64,000 nucleotides of DNA from Phyllobates terribilis (lineage: Eukaryota). Both the position numbers and the translations under genes were made by a program. This document shows, piece by piece, positions 25,501-37,600 of the stretch. The notes under the pieces were generated by a model. That model worked only from the letters and a program-made list of their open reading frames with translations, did no database searches and was not told the origin of the DNA. Within the stretch, counting starts at the first letter, position 1. Every line of letters begins with the position of its first letter. The stretch spans positions 163,804,001 to 163,868,000 of the forward strand of contig NW_027362768.1 of the NCBI RefSeq assembly GCF_046119375.1. The letters run 5' to 3'.

Positions 25501-25961
25501 TTGTTTTCAATGTGGGAAGTACAATCCCCTATAGAAGTAATCTCCCCTTTCATTTCCTGTAACATTGCCTGCATATCTTCCCTCATGGAGGAGCGAATTG
25601 CAGCCAGAAATTCTTGCATATCTGCCCTCGTCATTGGTGCTGTGGGCTCATTATCCCTGCTGCTGTGTTTCACATTCTCTGCTTCCCCTCCCCCTGAGGA
25701 GTGTGAAGAAGTTGCAGGAGAGGCAGATGCCATCTTACTCACTGTTCTTGTTGTTTGTCCCCTCTGGAAGAAAGCCTCCAATCTCGCCAGGGATCCTCTT
25801 TTTTGAGACCTTCCCCTGGTCGTCATGGGCCCTAGGTGTTCTGCCGCCACTGGGTGTTAGGTAATAGGCTGTAGGACGATGCTGTGTGCTGGTTTTAATC
25901 CTGGATGGCTGGAGCTATGCAGTTAAGCTGCTGCCACCTTGTCTTGCAGGCCACACCCCCC
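22580..25961 (-). mobile_element. L1-clade LINE with both ends and TSDs but a large internal deletion of ORF2
   Basis: 5' end GGGGGGTGTGGCC. Frameshifted ORF1 at 25850-24859 (coiled coil, RRNNVRLRGIPE, IHFFTTKD, RYRWGF). ORF2 C-terminal fragments (IGLYADD, YLGITL, GGMGMPNL, RWYY, HxxWxCPKLQ) at 24690-22950. AATAAA and polyA near 22580-22602. TSD TG(G/A)CCAAACTTT at 22568-22579 and 25962-25973, with a TTT/AA target. Confidence 0.9.
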
Positions 25962-25999
25962 TGACCAAACTTTAAGTACACATCTGACCCCAACCTACC

Positions 26000-26350
26000 A
26001 AACCAGATCATTTGAGATTCTTGTCTGTGGAGCAGTGGTATGTCTGGAGGAGGAAGAATATAGCAAATTCTGAAAAGAACACCCTGCATACAGTGAAGCA
26101 TGGTGTTGGCTTGGTAATGTTCTACAATAAAGCATGGTGGAAGCTGTTTTTTCTTCCTCTGGAAACCTACAGATTGTGGAGGGCAAGATTGTGTCAAGAA
26201 CTCCTAGGAGAAATCATGCCCTGTCAATAAAGTTAAGTGTTGGCATCATTGGATTGTCCAAAGAGGGCAATGCTGTTAAACATACCCTAAAGGCCAAGAA
26301 TTGCTATCAGAAAACAAACCCAAAATAATTAGAACCAGGATGCAGTTGCC
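26000..26350 (+). mobile_element. Tc1 transposase remnant (boundaries approximate)
   Basis: EKNTLHTVKHGVG resembles the Tc1 PTVKHGGG motif. Confidence 0.45.
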
Positions 26351-26989
26351 CCTGAGGCAGAGGCTGATATAGCCAAATACCAGCTTCTGGCAGTGGTTTT
26401 ACATCACATTTGTAATTTGTCACAGCAGCCAAAGAATCTTTATTAAAGATGGTTAATAGTGATGTGCGAGCGTGCTCATTTAACCCCTTCACTGAGCATG
26501 CTCAGGTGCTTACTGAGTATCTTCAGCGTGCTCGTATATCATGTTAGGGTCCCTATGTATGCATGATTTATGGTGGTTAGATGGCTTGAACACGTGAGGA
26601 TTTCCTAACAAACAAGCAATCCCTGCATATCAGCCATAAATCATGCAGAGACTCAAACATAATATATGAGCACACCGAAGAGACTCAGAAAGCACCCGAG
26701 CATTCTCAGTGAAAGGGGTAAATGAGCATGCTCATCACTAGTAGTGAATAAGTCAGAAACTGCAGTAATAAGAGTGGCAAATTTGGAGAAACCACTTTTT
26801 CCATTAGTGGTGTTGAGCAGATTCTATTGCAATAAACCAATTCAAGAACAAAACATTTGTAAATTTTACCAATAAACCAGATTGGAGGTGATGTTAGATA
26901 ATTGTGATTATACAATTAGTTGCATTCTATATGCTCTGAATTAGTGCAATAGCGCCTCTAGTGGCCACAGTATGAAACATAGTAACTAA

Positions 26990-28225
26990 CAAGTCATGTC
27001 AGACTAACTTAATTTCCTTCTATGACAGAATCACTGACTGGGTGGATCAGGGAAATACTGTAGACATTGTCTAATGCTTTGCTGAAGTCAAGATATACTA
27101 AGTATCTCACACCATCCTTATTGAAAAAAATGACCAAGTATGGAATGACCAAGTATGGAATGGACAAGGCAACTGTTGGGTGGATTGATAACGGGCTTAG
27201 TGATCGGACTCAAAGGGTGGTCGTAAATGGTTTCACATCCAGTTGGATGAATTTCTCAAGTGGGGTACCACAGGGCTCTGTCCTGGGTCCTGTATTGTTC
27301 AACATCTTAATCAATGATTTAGATGAAGGAATTGAGGGTAAACTGATTAAATTTGCTGATGACACAAAGCTAGGAGGGATAGCTAATACTAGAGAAGAGA
27401 GAGAGAGAGGATTCAAAAAGACCTAAATAAACTGGAGCAGTGGGCAGCAACCAACAGAATGGTTTTTAACAGGGAAAAATGCAAAGTCCTACATCTGGGC
27501 AATAAAAATGAAAAAAGCATATACAAAATGGGAGGAATAGAACTAAGCAACAGTACATGTGAAAAAGACTAAGGTATACTAATAGATCATAGACTGAACA
27601 TGAGTCAACAGTGTGATGCAGCAGCAAAAAAAAGGCAAATACAATTCTGGGATGTATTAACAGAAGCATACAGTCTAGATCACGTGAAGTCATTATCGCA
27701 CTTTACTCCTCTTTGGTCAGACATCTGGAATACTGTGTACAGTTTTGGGCACCACATTTTAAAAAAGACAATCGACAAACTGGAGCAAGTTCAGAGAAGA
27801 GCAACCAGAACGGTGACCGGTCTGCAAACCATGTCCTATGAGGAACGGTTACAGGATTTGGGAATGTTTAGCTTGCAAAAAAAGAGGACTGAGAGGAGAC
27901 TTAATAGCTGTCTACAAATATGTCAAGGGCTGTCACATTGTAGAAGGATCATCTTTATTCTCATTTACACAAGGAAAGACTAGAAGCAATGGGATGAAAC
28001 TGAAGGGGAGAGGACACAGATTAGATATTAGAAAAAAACTTTGAGTTAGGGTGATCAATGAGTAGAACAGGCGGCCACGAGAGGTGGTGAGTTCTCCTTC
28101 AATGGAAGTCTTCAAACAGAGGCTGGACAGACATCTGTCTGAGATGGTTTAGAGAATCCTGCATTGAGCAGGGGGTTGGACCAGATGACCCAGGAGGTCC
28201 CCTCCAACTCTACCATTCTATGATA
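26990..28225 (+). mobile_element. 5'-truncated CR1 LINE, frameshifted
   Basis: RT segment ([29 protein letters not shown]), [21 protein letters not shown], and a 3' ATTCTATGA tail. Start approximate. Confidence 0.92.
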
Positions 28226-29290
28226 GCCTGTACAAGTTTGAAAATATAAATAAAAATTAAAGTCCCCATCAAAGTTTGCATGCATGATCTGAATGTGTGA
28301 TTTACATACATTTGCAGTGTTAACCCTACAGGAGCCATCTTACTAGTAGTGTGAGCTTGCTACATTACAGGTATAACTTGAATGCAGGGGCACAAAGTGA
28401 ATTTAGCAATGGTGGATCGTTGCATTCAAAACAGCGCATTGCAAAGCCCTGTTGTCAAGCAAAGTGCCCCTCCATGCATGGACTTTGGCTGAACGTGCAT
28501 GCGTTCTGGATGGGGAGTAATCTACAGCAACTTCAAGAAACAAAAGATCAACCTTAAGACATTCAATATGCCAATCCTCCCAGGCTGTCAAGTGAGAATC
28601 AAGACTAGGAATAAGCGGACCCTTGGAAGTTCGAGTTCTGGTACCTGATCCAAAGGATATTAGAACCTGATCCCCATTTAAAAAACAAAAACAAACAATG
28701 GAGACAAGAACTTTGGTTCTGGAAAACACCTCTCGTCCCTGGACTTCCTTTGGAACCTTTACGTTTGGGTTCACTCATCTCTACTCCGGACACCCCATGC
28801 AGTCTCACTGATAAAAGTTTCAGGTAGCGTGTACGGGGGTCTTCAGTGTATAGCAAGGCATCTCCCCCAATAAGCATGCGCATCATCATTTTATACACCT
28901 TTATTAAAGTGATTGTAGCAGCTTTATACACAGTTCAGTGCCAGACAAACCCTCAGTGAACGTGCAAGGACCGCAATGTAAGACAGGAAACAAGGGTTGG
29001 AGTGATTGCAAGAGGATGTGGGTGAAGATAGTGAATGTGACAGCTCGCTCACTTCATGGCAATACCCAGAATACAATACCATATATCAGGTCTGGCACAT
29101 GACGAATCGAGATCAAGTCATTGTCAATTTCTGTACATCATAAAAGTTAAGTTTAATCATTGGACAAGGCACATCAGTGTAGAGACTCCCATCAGTACAG
29201 CACTCATCCCAATCATAGGTTAAAAAGTCTATAAAACCACAACCAACCACACTATAGACGCAGTTATAAGTCACAGTACAAAACAAAATG

Positions 29291-29346
29291 TTTAATTACA
29301 AGATCCAAATGTACATAAAAAAAAAAAAAAAAAAAAGTATTAAAAA
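29291..29346 (-). promoter_or_regulatory. CDC20 3' UTR: two cytoplasmic polyadenylation elements and an ATTAAA hexamer
   Basis: Minus strand reads TTTTTAAT (29346-29339), TTTTTAT (29321-29315), then ATTAAA (29296-29291). Confidence 0.65.
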
Positions 29347-29378
29347 AAGTTCCAGGTGGGGGTGGGGGGGCACACAGC

Positions 29379-32300
29379 TCAGCGGATGCTCTGGTGGATG
29401 ATGCTCTTGCTGCTTCTCGCCTTCTCCTTTTCCTTCTTTGTGACAGGATCCACTTCGAAGCATTTCCACAGTCGGAGGGTCTCGTCTGCTGCAGCGGAGG
29501 CCACGGTGCTGCCGTCCGGACTCATCGCCAGGCTGAGGACTCTGGAGTTGTGTCCTGCGGGAGGAAAGCACCGATGCTGGACTACAACACACGTAATGCT
29601 ACGGACAGATTCAGGGAGCATGCGGCACTTACCTTTCAGTTCTGTTACTCGGGTCATCGTGGGATATTTCCAGAGGACGAGTTGATTCTGTGCAAATCCG
29701 TGGCCAGAGATTAATTCCTTGTAGTTTGTGGACCACAGGATCGAACAGACCTGGAGGACAGACAGTTCGAGCTTACCGACAAGCCCTTTGCGATCACTAT
29801 GGACAAGGAGTCGCCCTTACCTGTGAGTGGGTGTCCACAGAGTTCAAGCAGGTTCCTGAGCAAACATTCCAGATTCTGATGTGTCTGTCGCTCGTCCCAC
29901 CGCCAGTCGCAAGGACATTAGACTGCCAGGGGCACCAGGACACCGCCTACGAGAGAAAAAGGCATTTACCCTGGAGCACTGAACTGAATCCATCTCCTAC
30001 ATGGACCAAGATATATAAAAAACCTATGCGGATCTAGAATTCTTAGGCTGCTCTCACTGAACGAGCTAAGATTTTAGCTTTTAAACAAAATCATGAGACA
30101 GAGCACAGCTCTGGAGTAGAAAACATTAAGTAACTTCAAATTAGCACAAAATACACGGCTCAAAAAAATGGCACCACAAATACCACATCCTAGAGATCGC
30201 TGAATGAAATATTCCAGTTGCAAATCTTTACTCATTATATAGTGGAACGCACTAAGAATAAAAACAAAAATGATCAATGTAAAATCAAAAGTTAAATATC
30301 CCATGGAGGTCTGGATTTGGAATGATACTCAAATTACAGACTGATCCAATTTCAGTGGCAATGCCTCAACAAGGAAAGGAGTCTCAGTATTGTGTGTGGC
30401 CTCCCCGTGCCTGTATGACCTCCCTACAATGCCTGGGCATGCTCCTGATGAGGTTGTGGATGGTCTCCTGTGGGATCTCCTCCCAGACCTGGACTAAAGC
30501 ATCCGCCAACTCCTGGACAGTCTGTGGTGCAATATGGCGGATGGAACAGAGATGATGTCCCAGATGTGCCCGATTGGATTCAGGTTGGGGGGGGGGGAAT
30601 GGGACACAGGCAGGACAGTCCAAAGCATCAATGCAGGAACTGCTGACACTTCAGCCACATAAGGCCTAGCATTTTCATGTATCAGAAGGAGCCCAGGGCC
30701 AACCGCACCAGCATATGGTCTCCAAATGGGTCTGAGGATCACATCCCAGTAACTAATGGCAGTCAGGGTACCTCTGGCTAGCACAGCTACCCTTCTTGCT
30801 ACAGTCTGCATTGAGGTGTCATCCTGGATGAGCTGCACTACCTGAGCAACTTCTGTGGGTTGTACAGTAGACAACGCCTCATGCTACTGTACCTCTAGAG
30901 GTGAGAGCATTGACAAAATGCAGAAGTGACCAAAACAGCCAAAAAGGATGACAGGTGGTATGATGTTACCACCTGCAGAACTGCTCCTTTATAGGGGGTG
31001 TCTTGCAAATTGTTTATCATTTCTACCTGTTGTCTGTTTCCATTTGTGCAACAGCAGAAGTTTATTCACAATCATAACTAGAGGTTGATTTCACAGAAGT
31101 GTGATTGACTTGTGTTACATTGTGTTTAAGTGTTGCCTTTATGTATTTGAGCAGTGTACATCTGAAGCAGTTCCTTGCCTTACCTTGACAGCACCTTGGT
31201 GTTGTGTGAAGGTTTGTACAGGTGTGAATTCTCCAGAGTCTCCTTGGACACAGGGCCAGATATTTACCAGGTTGTCGTTTGCCCCACTGGATAGATAGCG
31301 GCCATCGGGAGACCACTTCAAGCCGCAGACCTCTTGCGTGTGACCAGTCAGAGTGGCCACATGATGCTGAGCAACTCTGACATCATGATGGTGGATGTGT
31401 CCCGTCCTGGAGCCACTAAAATAGCAAAAAAAAATAAATAAATAAGAGTTGAGCGGAAGGCAGTCATAGTCCCTTAGGTTAAGTTCCCACGATGAGCTTT
31501 TGAAGTGGTGTAATTTTGCACAAAAAAAAAAAAAAAAAAAAGGCACAAACGACCCACCAAACACTCATCACAGGAGGGTAGCCTTAGAGGACAACGCTCT
31601 AATCTGTGGGGGTTATAAGACATCAGGACTACATAAAGCAGTGTTCACACTCCTGGGATAAAGTTGTGCTGCTACATCTGAAGTCATACATATTTATACA
31701 CTTAGTTGCATTTATTTTACAATCCTAGAGCGCATTTCCTCTTAGGTCCGTTTGGATCACTACTGTAGTCCAAGAACGAAATGTCAGAATTATACTACAG
31801 ATTATTTTGACCATTTTTCTTTACATCACATTCCCATAAGCTCAGAAATGTAGGAGTTTAGTGTTTGGACATAACTGGTGTCAGTCAGGTTTGTAGGTCT
31901 CGCTGCTCGCACAGGCCTTTACAGTTCTGCCCAGAAATTATCTAATGGATTGAGGTTTGTGATGACACTGTTGCCCTTAAGCCATTTTTTGGATTTACAC
32001 TTTGGGTCATTTGGAAGACTCAATCGTGCCCAAGCTGTAGGCCACGTTCACACGTTCTGGTTTTGGTTTATAAATACTGATGTAAAATACTGGAGTGGGT
32101 GAAAAATGTAGAAGTGGTGACGAGTTTCTATTATACTTTTCCTGATTGTGGCCTTATCGCCATCATCTTGACCGGACTTTCCTTCCTCATAATGCCCTGT
32201 ATTTTGTGCACCGGTCCCTCCGGCAGCAAAGCATAAACATGATGCTACCATCCCTGTATTTCATGGTTTTGCCTTGCAAGCCTCCCCTTTGGCCATATTC

Positions 32301-34596
32301 ACCCTCATACATGGAGGAGTTTTTTTTTTCTTCGTTACATTACACCGGAGGACATTTCTCCAAAAACGTAACATCTTTGTTCCCATGCGAGTTGAAAACT
32401 GTAACCCGGCTTCTTATGGTGGTATTCGAGCAGTGGCTTCCTTGCTCAGTGGCCTGTCTGGTCACGTTGACATGAGAAGTTTTACTATGGCTTCATTACT
32501 GGTATAACCTGTTCCCTCCAGCATCTTCACAAGCTCTTCTGTTCTTAGAGATGAACTGACTTGTACTTTTTGTATGAAAGTACAAGTCATTCTAAGCGAG
32601 AGCGAGTCTCCTCCCTAAACAGTATAATGACCATGGGGGAGGGTCACATTGTGCTTACATTTGCAGATCATATGAACATGGTACTTTCAGACATTTAGCA
32701 GTTGCTCCCAGGGATGTACTAGCATATTTTTTTTTTTTGGTCTTGGTAGATTTTCCTATGACGGCATAGGCCTTCATGCTGCCACATACACCAAATACTG
32801 CGATAGTGTCAATTAGTTAGCTGGTGCCTTCATAGACCATTTGGTCAAATTCAGACGTTCGTGAAACACTGGAAGATAGGGTTGGGAGACCCACGGCTGC
32901 CGGGCTCTATCATATTAAGCTGTTGAGTTTATGTACATCACAGTACAGTTTCATGAACATCTGAGTTTAGCCTTAGGCTATGTGCCCACGATGCAGAAAT
33001 GCTCCGGATTTTTTCCTGAGCGTTTCTGCATCTCCCTGGCAGAAAAAAAACGCATGCGGATTGTACATGCGTTTTTCCTGCCAGGGACAGGCGGAGGTGA
33101 AGCGTTCACATGCGGGTTGACAAGCGCTTTCCAAGCGATTTTAGCATCACTTGGAAAGTGCTTGACAACTTGGTCACACTATATAAATCCATGCAACTGG
33201 CATGGATTTATATAGTACGACCTTAATGAATGGTAAAAAAATGAAATAAATCTATATACTTACCTTCCAATGGCTCCCGGAGTGTTTATTCCTGGCTTGC
33301 CGGCAGCTCGCCAGTACACTGAAGGACCTGCTGTCACATGACTGACGTCAGGACTTACCGGTAATGATGTTTCCAGGAGTCCACATGACCGCACCATAGG
33401 AGGAGTAATCCCATATCCTGTGTAGGGACTGGAAGCACAAGAGTTTAAAAGCCCTCCCACCCCCAACCTCCTCAGTGATTTTCCAAGAACCACATTGGCT
33501 GGGTACAACAAAATTTTATTTTAGATTGCTTAGATATAGGTTAGTCACATACAGTAGCAATATAGGGAGGTAAATAAGGGTGCTGTCATGTGGACTCCTG
33601 GAAACATTACCAGCAAGACCAATTCTGGTTTTCCAGTACGTCCCCATGACAGCACCATAGGAGTATACCCAAGAACTCATACCTGAGGGTGGGATAACTG
33701 CCTGAAGTACCTTCCTACCAAACGCAGATCTCTGCTGTGAGAGAACGTCTATCTTGTAGTGTTTGCAGAAAGTAGTATGTCCTGACCATGTGGCTGCAGT
33801 ACATATCTGTTCAATGGTAGCCCCTGCTCTAGTTGCCCATGAGGTGGAAATTGCTCTGGTGGAATGGGCTTTGATAATTTCAGGGGGAGGCTGTCCTGAA
33901 AGATATGCTAGATTAATCATGGATGTGACCCATCTAGCTAAGGATGGTTTTGAAGCCTTCCTGCCTTTTTTCCCCCCAAACTGTATAAAAAGATTAGAGT
34001 CTAATCACCAGTTCCAAGTGGCTTCCAAATAGGCCAACACTGCTCTGCGGACATCGAGATGGTGGAACTCTTCCTCCCTCAGATTCCTAGGGTTTTCGCA
34101 GAATGATGGAAGAACCACTTTTTTGTTTAAGGTCATTGATGACACCACCTTCAGGGAGAAACTTGGATCCAGCTTCAGAATGATGCAATCATCCCAAATC
34201 TGCATACAAGGCTTGACAGACAGAGCCTGGATTTCACCCAACCGTTTAGCCGTGGTGATTGCCACCAAGAAGACTTTTCAGAGTCAAGTTCTTTATTCCC
34301 AATTCATTAACTGGGCCGAAGGCAGGTTTGCAAAGGACTCTCAGGACAAGATTCAGATCCCACTGAGGGGGGAGAAATTCTCTGGGTAGGCCTAAAGTCT
34401 CTGGATTGCCTTGACAAACCTGATTATCCAGGGATGCAAGGACAATCATGTGTCGAAGAAAGCACCTAGTGCTGCAATCTGCACCTTCAAGGTACTTGGT
34501 CTAAGACCTGCGTCAAATCCCGCCTGCAAGAAATCAAGGATCGCAGGGATGTCTGGCTGAGAGGTGTCTACCGTCCTGTGGAACTGAAAAGGTCCT

Positions 34597-34637
<41 letters not shown>

Positions 34638-37600
34638 ATATGGCCTGGGTTACAGGTTTTCTACTAGCCTGCATAGTCTGGATCACTCTGGCAGATAAGC
34701 CCTTGTTCTTCAGGATCTCCCATTCAGAAGCCAGGCTTAGAGCCAGAGTTGTTGAAGATTCCAATGCAACAGTGGACCTTGCGTCAGAACATCCTCCTGA
34801 AATGGTAAAAAGATTGGGTCTTCCAACGCTGTATGACGTAGAAGGGAGAACCAACTCCTCCTTGGCCAGAATGGGACAATTGCTATGACTGTCGTCCGAT
34901 CTTCCTGCATTTACTGCAGCATTCTCAAAATTAGAGGGGCATGTGGGAAGGCATATGTTAGGCCTTCTCCCGAATATTGTGAGAGCATCCACTGCCAGAG
35001 GATGATCTCCTGGGTCGAGAGAGTAGAAAGATGTCTTTGCATTCGTTCTGGATGCAAAAAGGTCTAGGTGCGGCTGACCTCATCTGCAAGTTAGTTGCTG
35101 GAACACCTCTTCGTTCTGTTCCCATTCTGAAGCCTTCATCTGACGCCTGCTGAGATAAATCGGCCTCCCGATTGTCGGATCCCCGAAGGTGAACTGCTGA
35201 AATGGAGCTCACCATTTTCTCCATCCCTAAGAATATCCTTTTGGCCAGGGACTGGAGAAGTGGGCGTCTTGGTCCGCTCTGATGTCTGATGAAAGACTGC
35301 TGTGATGTTGTCCGACAGGATTTTTACATGTCTGTCTCTTAAGACCGCCCAGCTTCTCTGTAGGGCTTCCCAGATCGCCTGTAGTTCCCGAAAATTGATT
35401 ATGATCAGGTCTGAATCTCTGTGGACCATGTTCCTTGGAAATAAGAATCTCCCACTCGAGCTCCCCATCCTGAGAGACTTGCATCAGTGGTCACTAAAAG
35501 ACAAGGTGCCAGAATCCACTGCACTCCCTTCTGGTCGAGCCACCAGTGTAGAGAGTCCTGGGCATCTCTGGATAAAGACATCTTCCTGTCTAGGTAATTC
35601 TGATGTCCATCTGTCACTTCCAGGATGCATTTCTGTAGAGGCCTGGAATGGAACTGGCTCCATCTGAAGCAGGTGATGCATGACGTCATAATTCCCAAAA
35701 TACTCATTGCCTTTCGGATCAAATGTTTCTTCTCTCTTGCAAAAGAACGAATCCTTGGTGGAATTGAGAGCATCTTGTCTTCCGGGAGATAAGACATTCG
35801 CATTCAGGAGTAGAGATGGACTCCCAGGAAGATGTGTGAAGTACTGGGGATATGATTGGATTTTTCTTTGTTCACAATCAAACCCAGGCTGGTAAATGTA
35901 GGACAAGTTCCAGATGTTGCATCATACCTAGAGGAGATCCTGCCACCACCAGGAAGTTGCCCAAGTACAGAATGATGGTAATATCCCCGAGTCGGATATA
36001 GGCCACCACCACTGCCATGATCTTCATAAAAGATTCTGGGAGCAGATGACAGGCCAAAGGCAAGACATTGGAACTGGTAGTGTAGAATCTGACTGCCTGA
36101 TGGTAGCGCAAACCTCAGATATTGCCAACTTGAGGAATGTATTGGCAGGTGGTAGTATGCGTCTGAGATCCAGGGTGCACATTACTGCATCGGAGTCTAT
36201 TAGAGGAATGGCTGATCTTACCGATTCCATGCAGAATTTTTTTGTAGCGGACCCATTGATTTAGGGGTTTCAGGTTGATAATCGTAAAGGAACTCCCCTG
36301 AGGGTTTCTTTATTGAAGACAGAGTAATGGCCCCGATGTTGTTAGTGTTCTGGAACTGGTACAATAACCGTCTGATATAGCAGCTTCTCTATGTCTGCCC
36401 ATAGACGGGAAAGAGGTAGGGGAACACTTTGTCAGGAGGAATTTTTGAGGGGGATCTTGAGAAAACCATCCTGTAACCCTGCGCTATAGTTGTTAGTATC
36501 CAGGGATTTTGAGCGACCCGATGCCAAACTTTTTGAAAAACTTTAATCGCCCCGCTACTCTTCTGACAATCATTGTCGTTTTGGACAGGAGCTAGTACTG
36601 GGCTGGCATTTCCTATCTTTGTTCCCCTATGAAAACTCCAGCTTGTGGGCCCCCCCTTTTTTCTGAGTGTTATATTTACGAGAGGGGAAGGGTTTGTTAA
36701 AGGGCTGCTCCTTTTTCTCCTCGGGGGAAGCCCTTCTTTCTATCGGACGCTTTTTCTAGAATGTCATCTAGTACAGGTCCGAATACTCAGAGCCCCGAAA
36801 ATGGAATTGAGCACAGTTTGTTCTTAGAAGCTGTATCTCGAGACCATGTCTTTAACCAAACAGCTCTAAGGGCTGAGTTGGAAAGCACATTATTTCTGGC
36901 CGCAAATCTGACAGATTCTGCTGAAGCGTCAGCCAAAAACTTTGTTGCCATTTTTAACTAGGGGCAATGATTGAAGGAGAGATTCCCTCAGGGTGCCATC
37001 CCGTAGAAGACTCTCTAGCTCTTCTAGCCAGACTTTCATGGATCTGGCCATAGATGTAGCAGCAATATTAGTTTTAATTGCCACCGAAACTTCCCAGGCT
37101 TTTTTCAAAAGTCCATCCGCCTTACTATCCATAGGATCTTTAAGCCCTGACGAGTCCTCAAAGGGGATAGAGGTTTTCTTGACCACCTTAGCCACTGGGA
37201 CATCAATTTTAGGAACAGTGTCCCACACGTTGGTGTCCCCTGGGTCAAAAAGATAGTCGGGCATGGAAGTCTCATGGTATAGAGAGTCTGTTCGCCGCAT
37301 CCTCCCATTCCTCCAGTATCATGTATCAAGGACACTTCACATGAGCATTAACAGGAAAAAAACATGGCTCTCTGGGTTCTAAGACCACAAAACATCTCAT
37401 CCTGAATGTTACTGCTCTTCTCAGTTTCCTCTACTAGCATCGTGTTTTGGATGGCTCGTAGAAGAATATCCATACCATCTGAGTGGAACATTTTTTTCAT
37501 TCCCCGCCCTGAGGTGGGCTAATAGTCTCACTGTCAAGAGTCGCCAGATGGGTCGATTTCACCCTCAGAAGATGGTGTTATATCTTCTCTGGGTCTTTTG

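Noticed and set aside
26457-26740. TAGTGATG...CATCACTA hAT-like MITE
   Set aside because: Termini are visible but no 8-bp TSD is recoverable, so it was not listed as a supported feature.
27130-27159. In-frame 15-bp duplication (MTKYG x2) in CR1
   Set aside because: Simple slippage in a dead, frameshifted element.
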